Shown: positions 63,777 through 64,000 of the stretch, piece by piece
Position numbering within the stretch: the stretch's first letter is position 1
Layout of the letters: each line of letters starts with the position of its first letter
Source: Dictyostelium discoideum
Taxonomy: Eukaryota
Direction of reading: 5' to 3'
Assembly (NCBI GenBank): GCA_000004695.1
Contig: CM000152.2
Span: 2,496,001 to 2,560,000 of the forward strand
Length of the DNA: 64,000 nucleotides
Made by a program: the position numbers and the translations under genes
Notes under the pieces: generated by a model
The model's database searches: none
Seen by the model: the letters and a program-made list of their open reading frames with translations, nothing else
What the model was told of the DNA's origin: nothing

Positions 63777-64000
63777 TAGTGTAATAATAATAAAATAAAT
63801 AAAACAATAAAAATAATAAAAATAATAAAAATAATAAAAATAAAATAATAAAATTAACGACAATAATATAAAAGAAAAAAGTAATAATAATAATAATTTA
63901 AATATATAGTAGTTATTATAATAATTATAAAATAAATTAATAAATTGGGTTTGGTAATTAGTGACAATATTAAATTTGGAATATGGTTGTTAATTACAAT

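Overview
The window is an extremely AT-rich (about 78% AT) eukaryotic nuclear region. Several features point to Dictyostelium discoideum: CAA/AAT/ATT trinucleotide tracts coding poly-Q/poly-N, short AT-rich introns with GTAAGT/GTATGT donors and TAG/AAG acceptors, and tRNA-targeted TRE retroelements. There are no CRISPR arrays, rRNA genes or operon-like structures.

I resolve about 29 protein-coding genes. Many are multi-exon models I rebuilt by hand from the ORF track and splice signals, including several small exons the ORF track misses (cornichon, a 2-exon small membrane protein, micro-exons of two tandem paralogs). Recognisable genes are: a Thg1-like gene (5' part, runs off the window start), a TRAF/MATH gene, NT-C2, ALMT/FUSC-like transporter, HAD-like hydrolase, mitochondrial-type DNA topoisomerase II (1284 aa), perilipin-like, CLN5 homolog, AzgA-like purine permease, M17 leucyl aminopeptidase, cytochrome P450, SDR, cornichon, a Pumilio (PUF) protein interrupted by a 100-N assembly gap, mitochondrial ribosomal protein S10, peroxin-7, a zf-HIT protein, and an ACTMAP/C39-like cysteine peptidase.

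Non-coding features: one tRNA-Ser(AGA), followed 60 to 100 bp downstream by a nest of three 5'-truncated TRE3-type non-LTR retrotransposon fragments; an assembly gap; and many long pure trinucleotide microsatellites, four of which sit inside introns.

Most noteworthy:
- An intron-containing gene for a secreted peptidoglycan-binding plus L,D-transpeptidase (YkuD)-like protein, which looks like a bacterial-origin gene domesticated in the amoeba.
- A tandem triplication (two intact genes and one frameshifted pseudogene) of an unrecognised family combining a Myb/SANT-like WSEED motif with a conserved C-terminal domain of about 110 aa. It lies immediately next to the tRNA/TRE hotspot.

All exon coordinates come from manual reading of splice signals and carry a few-bp uncertainty. 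No database searches were possible.
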